64,000 nucleotides of DNA, taken from Octopus vulgaris. Taxonomy: Eukaryota. Under the pieces are notes generated by a model, which saw nothing but the letters and a program-made list of their open reading frames with translations, was not told the origin of the DNA and did not search any database. Position numbers and translations under genes: made by a program. Below, piece after piece: positions 1 to 15,545 of this stretch. The stretch spans positions 3,162,001 to 3,226,000 of the forward strand of contig OX597826.1 in assembly GCA_951406725.2 (NCBI GenBank), in the 5' to 3' direction. The first letter of the stretch is position 1. Every line of letters begins with the position of its first letter.

Positions 1-172
1 CCCTTTCTAATTTTTAAAAAAACTTCTTAAAACATAAATATTCTTGACAAGTCATACATTGACGAAAACCGGTTGAATAAATATATATATTTATATATTT
101 TATCATTTTCTCATTTTATTAAAATTTTCTTTCATTTGAGCATTCTGCATTTAAAAAAAAAATTTTTCCTTA

Positions 173-235
<63 letters not shown>

Positions 236-292
236 CATATACATACATATATATATGTGTGTGTATGTGTGTGTGTGTATGCGTATGTATAT

Positions 293-359
<67 letters not shown>

Positions 360-362
<3 letters not shown>

Positions 363-718
363 AAATAATAGCTGGAAAATCAATACAAAAAACATTTCAC
401 AAAGATATATATGTAAAATAATATTGTATTGAATAATATATATAGTATATGCAATTATATAAAATAAGACAGTTTAAAAGTTAAGTATTTATCGCATCTT
501 ACGATCGTTTCGCAGGAGTATTGTCCTTTATCAATCTTGGATTCCATTATAAAGACAATACTTTTGCGAAAAGATCGTAAGGAGCGCTAAATACTTACCT
601 TTTACAATGTCATAAGTTATATATTTTCATATACAATACATATTTTAATACAATATTATTTTACATATATATCTATGTAAAATGTTTTTTTATAATGATT
701 TTCTTGCTATTATTTCAA
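360..718. mobile_element. Old, diverged fold-back (inverted-repeat) element with decayed hammerhead remnants in both arms
   Basis: Bases ~361-535 are an imperfect reverse complement of ~545-718 (tgaaataatagc...acgatcgtttcgc vs gcgaaaagatcgt...gctattatttca). The minus strand of the left arm retains GAAACGATCGTA, but the CUGANGA box is decayed. A (TA)n tract lies on the left. Confidence 0.75.
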
Positions 719-865
719 AATATCTATAACAGCTCGTATTAAATGTCTAAATACTTTAATCATATTAATACTTTGACACATATATACAAAGAGCACACAT
801 TTTAAATTCAGTATACTATAGCCTCATGGAATATATTTATTTAAGGGTATATATATATATATATG

Positions 866-1905
<1,040 letters not shown>

Positions 1906-2520
1906 CATATACATACATATATATATACATACATATAAATGTATGACGGGCTTCTACCATATACATTTTTTTTATCCACTCTATCGGAACAATAGAACTG
2001 TATGATATATTAGTCCAGTACCTAAACTTAATATTTTTGTTTTACATGGCCGTATATAGCCTACAATTCCTTCGGGTTCCGTTACGTACTGGTGTACAGC
2101 TACTCAGATAATTGCCATTGCGCAATCTACTTTGACTACACAAATGATCGTAGCCCTGTGCGAATTGGGTACGGAAAACTTCCTTTTAGTTCTGCGTTTC
2201 TTAATGTCTCTGAGTATGTTAAGTAATAAGCATTATAATGCCTAGCACAGCTCTTTCTATATGATGTGCGCAAATATAAGACCCGACGTCCTGCGCATGT
2301 ACTGGTCTACATCTCTTTCAATCATTCTCCAAACACCTGCTATTATAAAGATTGTTCTGTTTTCAATCACCATTTTCGGGTTATACCATATCTTTGTTTT
2401 TGTTTTTATTTATATATCTTTTGGTTATTTGGAATTGGATAATTCCGTTTGCTCATTTTGTCTCATTTAGAGATATATCATAATCCGTTGGGACACATAT
2501 TTAGAGACCTCGACATCACT

Positions 2521-3003
2521 TCCGGTCCCCCTCCTTCTTCTTCTTTTTCTTCTTCTTCTTCTTCTTCTTCTTCTTCTTCTTCTCCTTCTTTCTTCTTCCT
2601 CTTCTACTTTTTCTTCTTCTCCTTCTTCTTCTTCTTCTTCTTCTTCTTCTTCTTCTTCTTTTTCTTCTCCTTCTTCTTTCTTTCTTCTTCTTCTTCTTCT
2701 TCTTCTTCTTCTTCTCCATTTTTCTTCTTCCTCTTCTTCTTTTCTTCTTCTTCTTCTCCTCCTCATACTCCTCCTCCTCCTCCTCCTCCTTCTTCTTCTT
2801 CTTCTTCTTCTTCTTCTACTTTGTCTTCTTTTTCTCCTCCCCTCCTCATCATTCTTCTTCTTCTTTCCTTTATTCGTCATCCTCCCCATCATCAACGTCG
2901 TCGTCGACATCATCGTCATAATCATCACCACCCCCATCACCACTACCACCACCACCACCACCACCACAACCACCACAACCACCACCACCACCACAATCAC
3001 CAT

Positions 3004-3034
<31 letters not shown>

Positions 3035-3081
3035 TTCCCCCTCTTCTTTTTTTATTCTTCTTCGTCTTACTATTATTATTA

Positions 3082-3136
<55 letters not shown>

Positions 3137-3290
3137 CATTATTATCATTATTATTATTATTATTATTATTGATGTTGCTCTTGTTTTGTTTTTATTATTA
3201 CCATCATTATTTTTTATACTACTGCTAGTAGTATTCATAGTAACGGCACTGCGATAGTGGTTGTGGAGATGGCGTTGGTGGCGGTCTATA
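2521..3290. repeat. Compound trinucleotide microsatellite (TTC/TCC/TCA/CAC/CAT/TTA/TTG/TGG blocks)
   Basis: Directly visible; it explains the poly-S/F/H/R/E/K pseudo-ORFs at 2449-3238. Confidence 0.97.
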
Positions 3291-3516
3291 TAAAATAGTG
3301 GATATGTTACTGAAGCTGGTTCGTATTTCTTATTTTCTTCTTACCTTATATCGACGATTGTTTAAACTAATACAGGTATTGCGCATTCCATATACTGCCT
3401 GAACAGCACATAATATACAATTGCATTCACTCCGCACCCAACCCTCTACTCGCATGACTATACATACATTCATCATACATTCATACGAACAAACCTACAC
3501 ACATAGACACACACAC

Positions 3517-3549
<33 letters not shown>

Positions 3550-3754
3550 TATATATATGTATATATATATTTATATATGTAGATATATATTCACATATGT
3601 ATAAATATATATACGCGTACACATACACATACATATGCATATACACACACGCACATATATATATATTTACATGTATGTATATATATGTATATTTGTATAT
3701 ATATATTTATATGTATATGAGTGTGTATATATATATATATATGTATATGAGTGT

Positions 3755-3795
<41 letters not shown>

Positions 3796-4816
3796 TGTAT
3801 GTATGTATATATACATATATACTTACATATATACGTAAGTATGCATGTAGACTGGAGATTAAGTAGAGAATACAGTTTCTGAAATGAGTAGATTGTAGTA
3901 ATATAATTAATGTTTTTGCGGAGGAGACAATCTACCTTAGGAAGTGTATACACTCTCTGGGGAAACTAATTCCTTACTGTTTGTGATTTCACTGTTCATT
4001 CTTCTTTTCTTTTTTTTTGTTTTTGTAGCCAAATTCTTTTTCCATTACATCCGATGATTGTACGATTGTACTACCAAATACTTGTATTCAGCTCTTTTTA
4101 TTTCTCACACACTCACTCTCTTCCTCTCTCTCTATCACTCTCCCATTCATTCACGCACTCCCTTTATGAGTCTTCCCTTTTTCTCGCTCTCTTTCTTATA
4201 TACTATTCTACTGTTCTTGTCATTTAAATCATAGAGCATGTTATGTTTTTAAGATGATTTATAGCTATATTAAGTCAGTTATCGAGAAATCCACCGTTAT
4301 TATATGATGCTACGCAGTAATGCTCTTCCTTATAGTTTCACTATGTATAAAGCTTCGAAATTTGCCAGGAATTTATTCATCTTCACTGTTGATCTTCTTC
4401 GCATATTCTTATTCACATTTACTATTCATGTTTCTCTATACCCAGAAGATGGCGCTATTACTCAGGACTTGATATCTGGACAGCGAGAATATATTGTAAT
4501 ATTTATTTTATTTTTAGAAGAGAAATTTTTAACAAATCCGCCAATAAAAACACGCCGAAAGTTATACTATAAATGATCTCTGTCATTCGAGAGCGGTCAC
4601 GCTGGAGTTTCCACTTTAAAGAGATTTAGCTAATCCGAATGTCAAATAATTAGTTAATCTATCTAAAATATATGGGGTGAGGCATAAACAATATTTTGAC
4701 TCACAACCGCGTTCTTTTTTTTAATCGTAGGCTTGATGAAATACATATACACGATTATAGATTTATAGATAGATATATAGACACAAGCACAGAAGCACAA
4801 ACGCGCTTATATACAT

Positions 4817-4980
<164 letters not shown>

Positions 4981-5339
4981 GCAAAACACACAAGCAACAC
5001 TCTATGCAGTAGGTTTCTGTTTACTAATTGCAGTTCGCAGGCATGGGTCAAATCTTGGCTATATCACTAAGTACTTAGCTACTTTGCTGGGTAGTGAGAT
5101 CAGGGCTTCAATCCCAATGGTTTCTATACAAAATAATGAATCGCTAAGATACGCCTGGGTCATTAGATAACTTCTGTAGGTGTATTTAAACGGTTATCTT
5201 CTTCTTGCATAAACTAAAATGCCAGAGCGCTTTCCAGAGTCAAATTGGCACCTAGAACGGTTTCCTGGACTCTGGCATAGATGACAAAGACCGGACAGGA
5301 CCCATGTCTGTCAAAGGAATACTCATTTTTGCAGCTCAG

Positions 5340-5455
5340 TAGGCTGGAGCAACGTGAAATGAAGTGTTTTGCTCAAGAACACAACCCATCGCCCCGTCCA
5401 AGAGTGAAATCCCAATCTTCCGGTTATGAGTCCAAAACTTTGCCATGCGCCTCCA
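5340..5455 (-). mobile_element. tRNA-derived SINE 5' part with central domain (decayed)
   Basis: The minus strand reads ggaggcgcatggc...ggactcataaccggaagattgggatttc...gtgttcttgagcaaaacacttcatttcacgttgctcca, resembling the family C heads in this window. Confidence 0.6.
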
Positions 5456-6274
5456 CTTTTTTCTTTAGTTTAAGCTGAAAATAAAGTGAGGAAACCCTAT
5501 ATTTTTATACTTCTTGTCAAAATGATCCGAGAAATCGTCAAAAATGGTTTTCGTTATTAGCAATCAGATTAAACTCTATTTCACATGATTACTCTATTTC
5601 ACATTTCATTTTCTATATTTGCGATATTCGAGAGATACATTGTTTAAAATTAAAGACGTGCCGTATGTATCCTTGGTGTTCTGTGTGTAAATATGCTGTG
5701 TAAACCTCAGTTAGCTGCATCCCTTTGTCCTAGTCATCCCTTATATTTGCCCTAGTCATCCCTTATATTTATAATGCTCAACATGCATCAATCCATCGCG
5801 ATTATATTTTGTCTCTTTCTTCAGTACACCGATGTCCCATGATGTTTACAAATATGTATTTAACATACCACTATGCACTCATTTCAAATAGAATACCACA
5901 TCTTAACAATTCAACCCACACATATACATATGTATTTACGTACGGCTGTGTGTGTGAATGTGTTTAGGTATGAACGTATGTAAGCCGATATGTATGTGTC
6001 TACGGATGTATGCATTTCATTCCGGAGCAAGGCGCAGCACAAATGTTATGAATGTAAGTATAAAACTTATGATTTTAGAGTAAATAAACATGATATTACG
6101 TGCACTTACAACTTATTCTAGACACACGACACGTATTTTTACGTATACATTGCTAGAGAGTAGATACATATATCATGGAGATGATCAGTATGGATTAATA
6201 ATTTAACTATATGTGTCTCTCTCTATATTTTTTATGTATCTATCACTCGGGGCATCTGTGCAATTGCATAGCTG

Positions 6275-6314
<40 letters not shown>

Positions 6315-6344
6315 TAAGAGAGAGACAGGAAGAAAGAGATAAAG

Positions 6345-6391
<47 letters not shown>

Positions 6392-9300
6392 TATTTTCAT
6401 AGAGATACTTAGATATAGACATATATGTTTGTGAATGTGTGTGTGTGTGTGTGTGTGTTTGTTTGTGACAGAAAGTAAATGTATAGATAAATATAATATT
6501 GATCTAGGTTTTCTGGGCACATAAATATTCGCATGCAACTGACTCTAATAAAAAAAAAATGCCAAAGCAAAGAGTAAAAAGAAAAAAAAAAACATTATCT
6601 AAACGAATGTAAGAAATGTTTTAGAAAAATCTTAATCGCACATCCTGTATGTCTTACTATTTCCTCTCGATATACCATCCGTGATTTCTTCTTCAAAGCG
6701 CAGGAAGGAATTGATCTTGCGATGAGAGTACAGGAAGGAATACGAGAAAATAAAAATAAAAAGAAAAGAGAAAATTCTTAAGATGTTTAATCATAGGAGT
6801 TATAATCTTTGCGTTATATATTACTTCCCAGTCCAAATACTATGTATATATTAGTAACCATTGCTATTAAATATTATCGTTTTGATAAAGTTTTGCGGGC
6901 CTCTGTTTTATCGATTCCATTAAAAATGAAAAGAAATAAATAAACTCAATGTAAGTACTTACTTTTATATGTTGTAAGAGTTTATCGATCACTAAATAAC
7001 TTAGGAGTATAACATCAAACAATCTGTTACTATTGCAAAATTCCATATCCGTTTCTCTGAGGATACGAATAAAATAATAAAAATGCAGAAAAAAATATAA
7101 ACAAAAAAGGATCAGCGAATGAAGAAAAAAAATGGTATATTTTCTGTAGATACAGAATGAAAGTAGAAGATTTCCCAAGATGAATGTAATATCGACTATT
7201 TCATGTTAACTGCATGGTATAAGCTATTTACCGATAACAAAATTTGTTGTACATAAACGAGAGGTAGGTTGTGTATGAAAGATCATTTTATGCACAAAGA
7301 AATATATGAAGCTAAGAGTCACCGTCTCAGATTAACTTCTTTAAAATAATTAATGGCTTCATTTAAATAGGCATAAAGGCCCTCCGTTTTCGGAGAAGAG
7401 TTGTGAAGTTGTAGCAAGAACATTATCATTCGTTACACAGCAGATGAAATATACTCCAGTTCTCCAAAAACTATTAATCATATGTTGTACACGGAGTTCA
7501 CTAAATTAAGAAACGCCTATATATCTGAATAATATTATCACATTCTGAACTATGTTAATATTCTCGGACAATATATATTTACTTTTGATTTGATTTTTAA
7601 AAGATTTTAAAAGGACTGAAGTTATTAGAAATACAAAAATTAAAATTGAAATTCATAATTAAGTAACAATAATTAATACCTCCGAATATAATTTTAGAAG
7701 GACGTATTTTCGTACCAGTCTACAATATTTGCAAAATTAATTAGAAATAATGAGTAATTTTCTGAAACCAGGCCCAGTTTACTCCCTGCATGTTTATTAC
7801 AAATGGCCTGGATAAGACAAAGACGAAATACAACACACGGTTTGGTAAGAGTTGTGATAGAGAACAATGAACAAGAAAACAAGAAAATGGCGGTGCCCCA
7901 GCATGGCCACAACTCATGAGCTGAAACTGGAAAAATCAAAATCAAATCAAAATCAAAACATGTTTAAATTAAAGGTCATACCATTAGATGACCTATTCTA
8001 ATACTTAAGTACCCGAGTTAAAGCGTCTAATTATCGCTTCGATCTACAATAAATAAAAAATTGGAATCTCACTCAAGTCTCACAACTAATTCTTACTAAT
8101 TTTACACTTTTACTGTTTTCAGCCAGAGACTGAAGCCATGCTGGTAGAACGGCCTTTGATAACAAGAAAAGAACAGGAAAAAACGGCATGTTTACGGCTG
8201 GAATGTCTTTGGCCATTGGACAATTCCACCAAAGCTGACTTGCGGCTAAAGAACTATTAGAACTTATTAAATTAAAAATCGAAATAAGGAAGATAAATGC
8301 CAGATTTTATATAGATAAAGTGTAAAAGTATTGACCAAGACTGTTAACGGTTAGAATATTTATAGCAATGCAATGTAGTTGGTATTATTCTTATGATAAT
8401 GCAGACTCCATTCTCTTGTCTTTTAGTACACCCAATCAATTATAATGTATTCGGTAGAATAATACCAGTCTGTCTTACAGTATATGCAAAGCTAACTGGA
8501 CGCAAACAGTACAAGGCTACGAAGGATAATAATAGATATTAACTTCGAAAAAGTTTGTTTCTAGCTATACATATTTCCATAGTTGCATTTTCCCATAACT
8601 TTTAAAATCTAAAGAATTCAACATGGATCTATCCTAGAGTAGAAGGAACTATGGATATTCGTTGTGTCAGTTTGCGCTACCGATGAAAACAACGACCATA
8701 CTATAGCATTTCATTTATTTTAACAGCGGCGAATGATGTTTAGGTCAAGGACACTAAAAGTGCAAGCGACTTATTAGTATTTAAGTAATTCAAGGTCGAA
8801 GAAGATGCTAATTTCTCTAGTAAACACACGACATCAGTATCGTTAACGATGCCAAGCTTCAGTGACACTGTTACGGCATCGCTTACCACAATAAATGAGG
8901 ATGCGGAACATATCAAGTTCATGTAATGAATACATTACGCATGATTAGTCGTGCATTCCTATCTATGAACACTGACACGCGCACACACAGACAAACACAC
9001 AGACACAAACACACTGTCACACACAGTCGCACACACAAACAGACACAACAACGTATATATAAGTACCTATTCCCCTCAAGGCCAAGTAGATACGCATTTA
9101 TTTCTGTCTACATATACATACATGACTACATTATATATGTGTAGGTATATGAATATGTATATGCATATATATGTTTCTCTATCTATCTATCTATAGATAG
9201 TCTAATATATATATATTAGACTATCTCCCTCCGCATTGCTCCTTATATGTATATATATACAAATTTCTAATATACACACACGTGTGTGTGTGTCTAACTG

Positions 9301-9942
9301 ATGCTCTCACATCGTTTGTGGAAATGTGTGATTCAACAGACCACTATAATTCCGTATTCATTAGCTAAGTAGAAACGTATCCTCGATGGTGCAGAAAATT
9401 GAATTATTTTACGACTATTTTGTCCTCGATGTGTCTAGACCCATCTTTTCTATGTCTGTTGTCGTTTTGTTGAAATTGTCCAAATATAGCTTTCTATTAG
9501 TGATTGAGAAATTATTATTCCAAAGCAGAAATAGGTGAGTATCTACCTTGCAGCATATTAGGCATCTCTGATATTTACAGGTAATTTGGACTGCTATTAC
9601 TTCTGCTCCTCTTTCTCTACCTCTTCTGTTGCTACCTCTCTGTTTCTCCTCATTTTCCGCTACCACCTTTTCGTTTCAGAAAATATTTTCGTTTATGAAC
9701 AAAGGCACGCGGTTTCGTGTATAATGTATTGTATCACAGACGTTTACATAAGCAAGTACTTGTTTTTAATACATGTACACGGAATAGGGCACATATGTAA
9801 AGCACATATGGACAAATACATGCACATTCAGACGCACGCACAATCATAAACTGTAGGATAGATATCAGCGTATGTTTGTGCACATATAATTGTACACACA
9901 CAGAATTCCTCAAACATCCACACACCACAGTTACGCACGTAT

Positions 9943-10245
9943 ATATATGTCGTCTGGCGAATATGGAGGTTGGAGGAGAATCGTTTCTCGTTCAAAGTGC
10001 TCCAGCTTTGGATTGTTATCCTCGCTGTATGCAGCTGAGCATCATCCTGATGAAGGAACAACTTACGTCTTGAAACCAATCGTTGTTCGATGAATGGTTG
10101 AATAACCAAATCCAAGATCCTCTGCTAGTTCCTCAAAAGTTACGATGGGATTTCGTTCCACCAGGAATTGCAAGACCCCTCGTCGAGCTCTACAGATCTT
10201 TCCGAACGAAGATCGTTTTCTAGGCTGTAGTTGCCGGCTCGAAAT
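9943..10245 (-). pseudogene. Internally deleted mariner transposase remnant
   Basis: Minus-strand translation with frameshifts gives GNYSLENDLRS...VELDEGVLQFLVERNPIVTFEELAEDLGFGYSTIHR (second HTH region). This is fused directly to RLVSRRKLFLHQDDAQLHTARIT (HQDNA.PH motif) and PPYSPD (mariner YSPDL motif). Confidence 0.9.
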
Positions 10246-12061
10246 AGTCAGTCTGTACCAATGACCTGAGTAGTTGTCTGATATTTATTTTTGACGACGA
10301 AACCGAGAGAGGCAAAGTTACCCACAGTATATTTTGAACTTAAGATACAAAAAGCCAGTGAAATAAATACTACAACGTATTTTGCCTTCACTATTACCAA
10401 TCTGACAACTCACCACCTTTATACATGTACACATAAATGATCTTCATTTTATTTCCTACGTTATTTAAATACATTTGCACGTATTTTGCTACGTTTCCTT
10501 ATGTGTTTATTTGTTCGTATAATTTAATTTTGAAGAATAAGATGCTTTAAATTTCAAGCGTTATTTTTATGAATTCTCTATGTAGCGGAACGTGCGTTAT
10601 CATTCATAAGTTTGTCTCGATAGAACTTATGGGGAATGTTTGTGATTTTAATATCCATATTCCGAATATCACCATTTCTTAGCTTTCATATTTTCAATGT
10701 TTGTCAAATTTATTTTCAGTTACGTATATTGTGTGATATATAGAGAATTACATGAATTAATCCACGTAATTTCATTAAGTGAATTAGAATAATTTTGTTT
10801 CGTGACTTTGTTTTATTTAAACATTAGCTTGTTTACAAATCCTTTTTTTCCTTCCCTATTTCATGTTGTTACTTTTGTATATTTGTGGAGACCCTAAAAA
10901 TAGAATCTATGTATTTGAAAAATTAATATTTTGTGTTAATTTTTTCACCTTTTTATATTTTGTTAGGTATTTTGGCAAATTTAAAATCTGTATTTTATAT
11001 TAGCATTCTAGTTACAGAAGCCTCCCTACATCTGAGGATTTGTGAAGGATATAATCTTTCTGTATCAAGTTTTAGGTGGTGTGTTTTAAATGCTGGTCAT
11101 TATTTTCCTTACTCTTATCTTGTTCGGCGAAGTCGCTTTATATCCGTTACGCTATTATAGCAGCAATTACTAAGATAGTTAAAGCATTAATACATATAAC
11201 CTTTATCTGGTATCAAGCTTAGTTAATGTATTAATGTAATGTGTCTATAATATTTCTTCCCATTTTCTATCTATAACATAAATCTTAATTAACGATCTAC
11301 ATGAGAAAGTTGATTATTATCTTACAATTTTCGTAATCGGTCCATTGTGAGTTAGCCTGCTGGTTGTTCCGGTTTCATTGTTTTATTCTGTCCAGGTTAG
11401 TCCTGAGTAAAGAAGGGTAAGATCAAAGATAATCTAATATCAATGTTGTTCCATTGCTGAATTAGTATAATCCAAATAAGACTACATTATCCACTGCTTC
11501 TTTGAACGTACCTTCAAGACAATTCTGTGAAATTTCAAGTATATTTCACTTCTAGTTAATAGCAAGTTCAATCACACAAAGAAGGCACCTTATATATTTG
11601 AAAGTTGAAAGTGTTGGTATCACGCAATGAAAAAAGGAGCCGATTTTAAAGAAAGTGTAATCCCATTGAATATTACAATTGTAAAGGGAATGAATTATGT
11701 TTTAACCACTCAATCTTTCTTTCTCTTCGGATTTGTAAACTTTCGCATCCACATATTACGAGTCCGATTTACGATTATTTTACCTATGTTAAAATATTAA
11801 TCGTAATGTCTGCTTCTGATGTGTTCATGTCCACGATATAAATAGTTCCATATATTACCACTAGAAGTTTTGCGAATTTTGCTACCTTTTCAAACTCAGT
11901 ACAACATTATATATAAGGGTAGGTGTGTGTGTGTATGATATACATATATGCACAATGCCTTCTTTATATAAGCATATGCTATCTTAAATTAACTAGTCTA
12001 TGCCAATGGGAAGAAATTTGGAGGACATACTTGATTTCTCTCCTTATATTGGAATTCTCAT

Positions 12062-12476
12062 CGTCGAGCTGCAAAAGTCGATTAGCACCCAGGAGAAAAG
12101 GCTTAGCGGTATTTCGTCAGCCGTTACGTTCTGAGTTCAAATTCAGCCGTGGTCAACTTTGCCTTTCATCCTTTAGGGGTCGATTAAATAAGTACCAGTT
12201 ACGCACTGGGGTCGATGTAATCGACTTAATCCGTTTGTCTATGATTGTTTGTCCTCTCTGTGTTTAGTCTCTTGTGGGTAGTAAAGAAATAGGTATTTCG
12301 TCTGTCTTTATGTTCTGAGTTCAAATTCCACCGAGGTCGACTTTGCCTTTCATCCTTTCGGTGTTGATTAAACAAGTACCAGTTACGCAATGGGGTCGAT
12401 GTTATCGACTTAATCCGTCTGTCTGTCCTTCTTTGTCCCCTCTGTGTATAGCCCCTTGTGGGTAATAAAGAAATAA
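12062..12476 (+). mobile_element. SINE family A, tandem dimer (second unit lacks the A-box head)
   Basis: The B-box gagttcaaattc occurs twice (~12134 and ~12317). The body is repeated from ggtatttcgtc (~12108 and ~12292), with the tail gtgggtaataaagaaat. Confidence 0.9.
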
Positions 12477-12607
12477 GAAGCTTGCTTCCAAACTACATTG
12501 TTCCAGGTTCAGCCTCGTTGCATGTGACCTTGGGCTAGTTTCTTGGATTAAAGCGTAAGGCTAACCAAATCTTGTGGGTACATTTGGTAGACGGAAACTG
12601 AAATAAT

Positions 12608-12675
<68 letters not shown>

Positions 12676-12940
12676 ATATATATATATATATGTGTTTGTG
12701 TATGTGTGTCTGTGTCTTTGTCTGTGTGTATGTCTCTGTCTGCCTGCTTGACTGTGTTTGCCCCCCGTCATTGCCTGACAACCGACTTTGGTGTGTTTAC
12801 GTCCCCGTAAACTAGCGGGTCGGCAAAAGGTGGTCGATAGAATAGGTACTAGGCTTACAAAGAATAATCTCTGGGTTTGATGTCTTCCAAACCGGTGATC
12901 CAGCGAGGCCGCAGTCAAGTGACTGAAACAAGTAAAAGAA
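12474..12940 (+). mobile_element. SINE family B (5'-truncated head, internal (TA)n/(TG)n microsatellite, 3' tail)
   Basis: Reads aagaagcttgcttcc...ccttgggc...ggtagacggaaactgaaa, then the microsatellite, then the tail gtgtttacgtccccgtaa...gcagtcaagtgactgaaacaagtaaaaga. Multiple copies occur in the window. Confidence 0.85.
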
Positions 12941-14159
12941 TATATCTATACATGCCTATGTACTATATATGCATACTAACACACGCCTACCAACACACAC
13001 ACACATGCAGATACACGCACACTGAAACATACACGGGCACTAATACACAGATACATGCACCCAGCAACACACTCACGCACTTATACATCGACACCCTTCC
13101 TTCTATCTTCTGTGTTGTTCTTTTCTTGTTTTCATGTATACGAAGGAGCATGTATGCGATTTAAATGGGAATTCCTATACAAACGCACACGCACACACAG
13201 ACACACACACAAACACACTCAGAGGAACACACAAACCGCACATACAAATACGAGCACAAACACGCGCTTATGTATAAAGATATATAGACATACATCTCGT
13301 ATATTTATACAGGCAAAGGGTGTGAAAAACAGAGACGTGCACGCTGGCGTACAACTTCAGTTTGTGTGTAAGCGAGGATAAATGGAGGTTGGATTTCACA
13401 GTGTGACATTGGGTGTATGTAAGGATAAGTATATTTCTCTTAGAGAGCTTAAGACACAAAAACAACAGCCACTTATCAGATTTAGTCTTGAACACAGACT
13501 CACTCTAAATTTAATGTGAAGCTTCAGTTTTCTAAGAAATCAACAGAATATAAAACAATGTTATTTTAATATTTACCACAACTATTTCCCCTTTCTAAAG
13601 CTTGTAGTCAGTGAATACATTACCTTTAATACTTATCCGAAATAACATCTTAAAAAAACATCTTATGAACCTAAAATAACCGCACCCATTTTGCACCATA
13701 AATCAGGGATTTATTTTTTGTATTTCGTCGCCCGCCTTTCTGTCGGATTTTTTTCCTTGTTAGAAGTGGAGGAATGAACAATATTAAAAGACATCTTTAG
13801 AGATAACTGTGATTCAGATACAAATTATCATTTATACACGCATCCCTAAATAAAACAAATGTGTTTTGGATATGTGAGAGTTTCTACATTCATGCATAGA
13901 TTAATCCCTATATGTTGCGACTGGGTCTGTATATTTTTGATCGTTGGCAGATATGAAAATGCATATAAATATATAGAGGCACATACGCACACAAAGACAT
14001 ACACAGACACACACAAGCCTATATATATATATATATATACATACATACACACACACACACATATATATATATATATGCATGTATTTGTATGTATATATAT
14101 GTATATACATATATGCATGTATTTGTACATATATATATTTATACATATATACATGTTTT

Positions 14160-14206
<47 letters not shown>

Positions 14207-14207
<1 letters not shown>

Positions 14208-14490
14208 GAGACACATGGCCTAGTGGTTAGAGCAGCTTATTCGTGGTCGAGGTATCGCGGGTTTGAATTTCAGACCGGGTGATGTGTGTGATTATGAGCG
14301 AAACAGCTAAGCTCCACGCGGCTCCGGCAGAAGGTTATGGTTAACTTCTGCTGACTCTTTCACCACAACTTTCTCCCACTCTTTCCTCCTGCATCTTCCA
14401 GCTCACCTGCGATGGACCGGCGTCCCGTCCAGGTGGGGAACCTATACGACAAGGAAACCGAGAAACCGGCCCTATGCTCCACAAGGGGAA
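14207..14490 (+). mobile_element. tRNA-derived SINE family C
   Basis: A-box TGGCCTAGTGG (14216-14226) and B-box-like GGTTTGAATTTC. The body is homologous to the copies at 44872-45060 and 57450-57759. Confidence 0.9.
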
Positions 14491-15084
14491 AAAAGGATTA
14501 AGAAGAAGAAATGTATGTATATATATGTTTGCATGCATATATATATATGTATATATATTTGTATATGTATACTTGTATATATAGGTTTTCCACATTAGGT
14601 TGGTAGGGATATACATTCCTAGCGGGTACCGTATTCTCTTTTACCGGTTATGTATGTGTAGAAATGAAAAGACGTGATTGACTGCAGAATAAAACTGGAT
14701 AAATAAATCTCTATTCTCCTAATTATTATACGTATGTATATATGCTCGTTTGTATGTATGTATGCCTCTTCTGTTCTCGATCATTTAAATTTTTACTGTG
14801 AAGAAACAGCTGGTTTCTAACAAAGATATAAAACTTCGTCTTTGGAATGTAGACAAGGAAAATAATGTTATATTTTAAAACCGAAAAAGCCTTGCATTGT
14901 TTTACTGTTCCTCTTACAAACTGTATTTGTAATATGCGAATCGGCTGATATCTTTTCCTGAGAATCCTAGCTTATCTAGACTGATAGTTAAGGATTTACT
15001 TACAAAACCAAGTTACCCCAATTATTATTGGTATAAATATCAATTTTGTAATCCGGTTATGAATGTATGTATGTACATGTACGT

Positions 15085-15357
15085 TTATATATTTGTTGTG
15101 CAAGATTTTTTATGTGAAGTCGTGTGTTGAAACAGATATTGTTATATGACGGTTAGTAAGAAGAGACACAAATAAGAAAGAAGAAAACAAAGGACCTCTG
15201 ATGCGGTCACAGGAGTGTGACGAAGGAACTCTGGCCGAAATAAGATTAAGATTAATGTAAAAAATATATAACACTGAAGCAAAGTAACACCAAATATATA
15301 GTGCGTGTGATTTTATTGGCTAAACTGGCAAAATGACCATTCCGAAATATAACAATA
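15085..15357. mobile_element. Internally inverted copy of a dispersed repeat (family shared with 48497-48645)
   Basis: tgttgtgcaagattttttatgtgaagtcgtgtgttgaaacagatattgttata (+) is joined to an inverted block ending ...gcaaaatgaccattccgaaatataacaata. Both blocks occur at 48.5 kb in a different arrangement. Confidence 0.75.
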
Positions 15358-15448
15358 TATGTACATGTATATATGTATGAATGCATGTATGTATAGATGT
15401 ATGTATGTTTGTATGTGTGTATGCATGCATGCATATATGTATGTATGC

Positions 15449-15490
<42 letters not shown>

Positions 15491-15545
15491 CTATTTTTAA
15501 TTTTTAATCGACGATCGTTTAAACAATTTAGACTGTCAATTTTAT

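Noticed and set aside
6578-6779. Open frame ...FFFKAQEGIDLAMRVQEGIRENKNKKKRENS*
   Set aside because: No recognisable homology or start, and the ends are low-complexity A-rich sequence.
8790-8925. Possible terminal exon VEEDANFSSKHTTSVSLTMPSFSDTVTASLTTINEDAEHIKFM*
   Set aside because: The acceptor is weak and no family is recognisable; it cannot be supported without RNA data.
10040-10090. CTGATGA-AGGA...TCTT-GAAA-C-caatc-GTT resembling a hammerhead on +
   Set aside because: Stem I does not form next to the core, and the motif is the antisense of mariner codons (HQD), so it is most likely coincidental.
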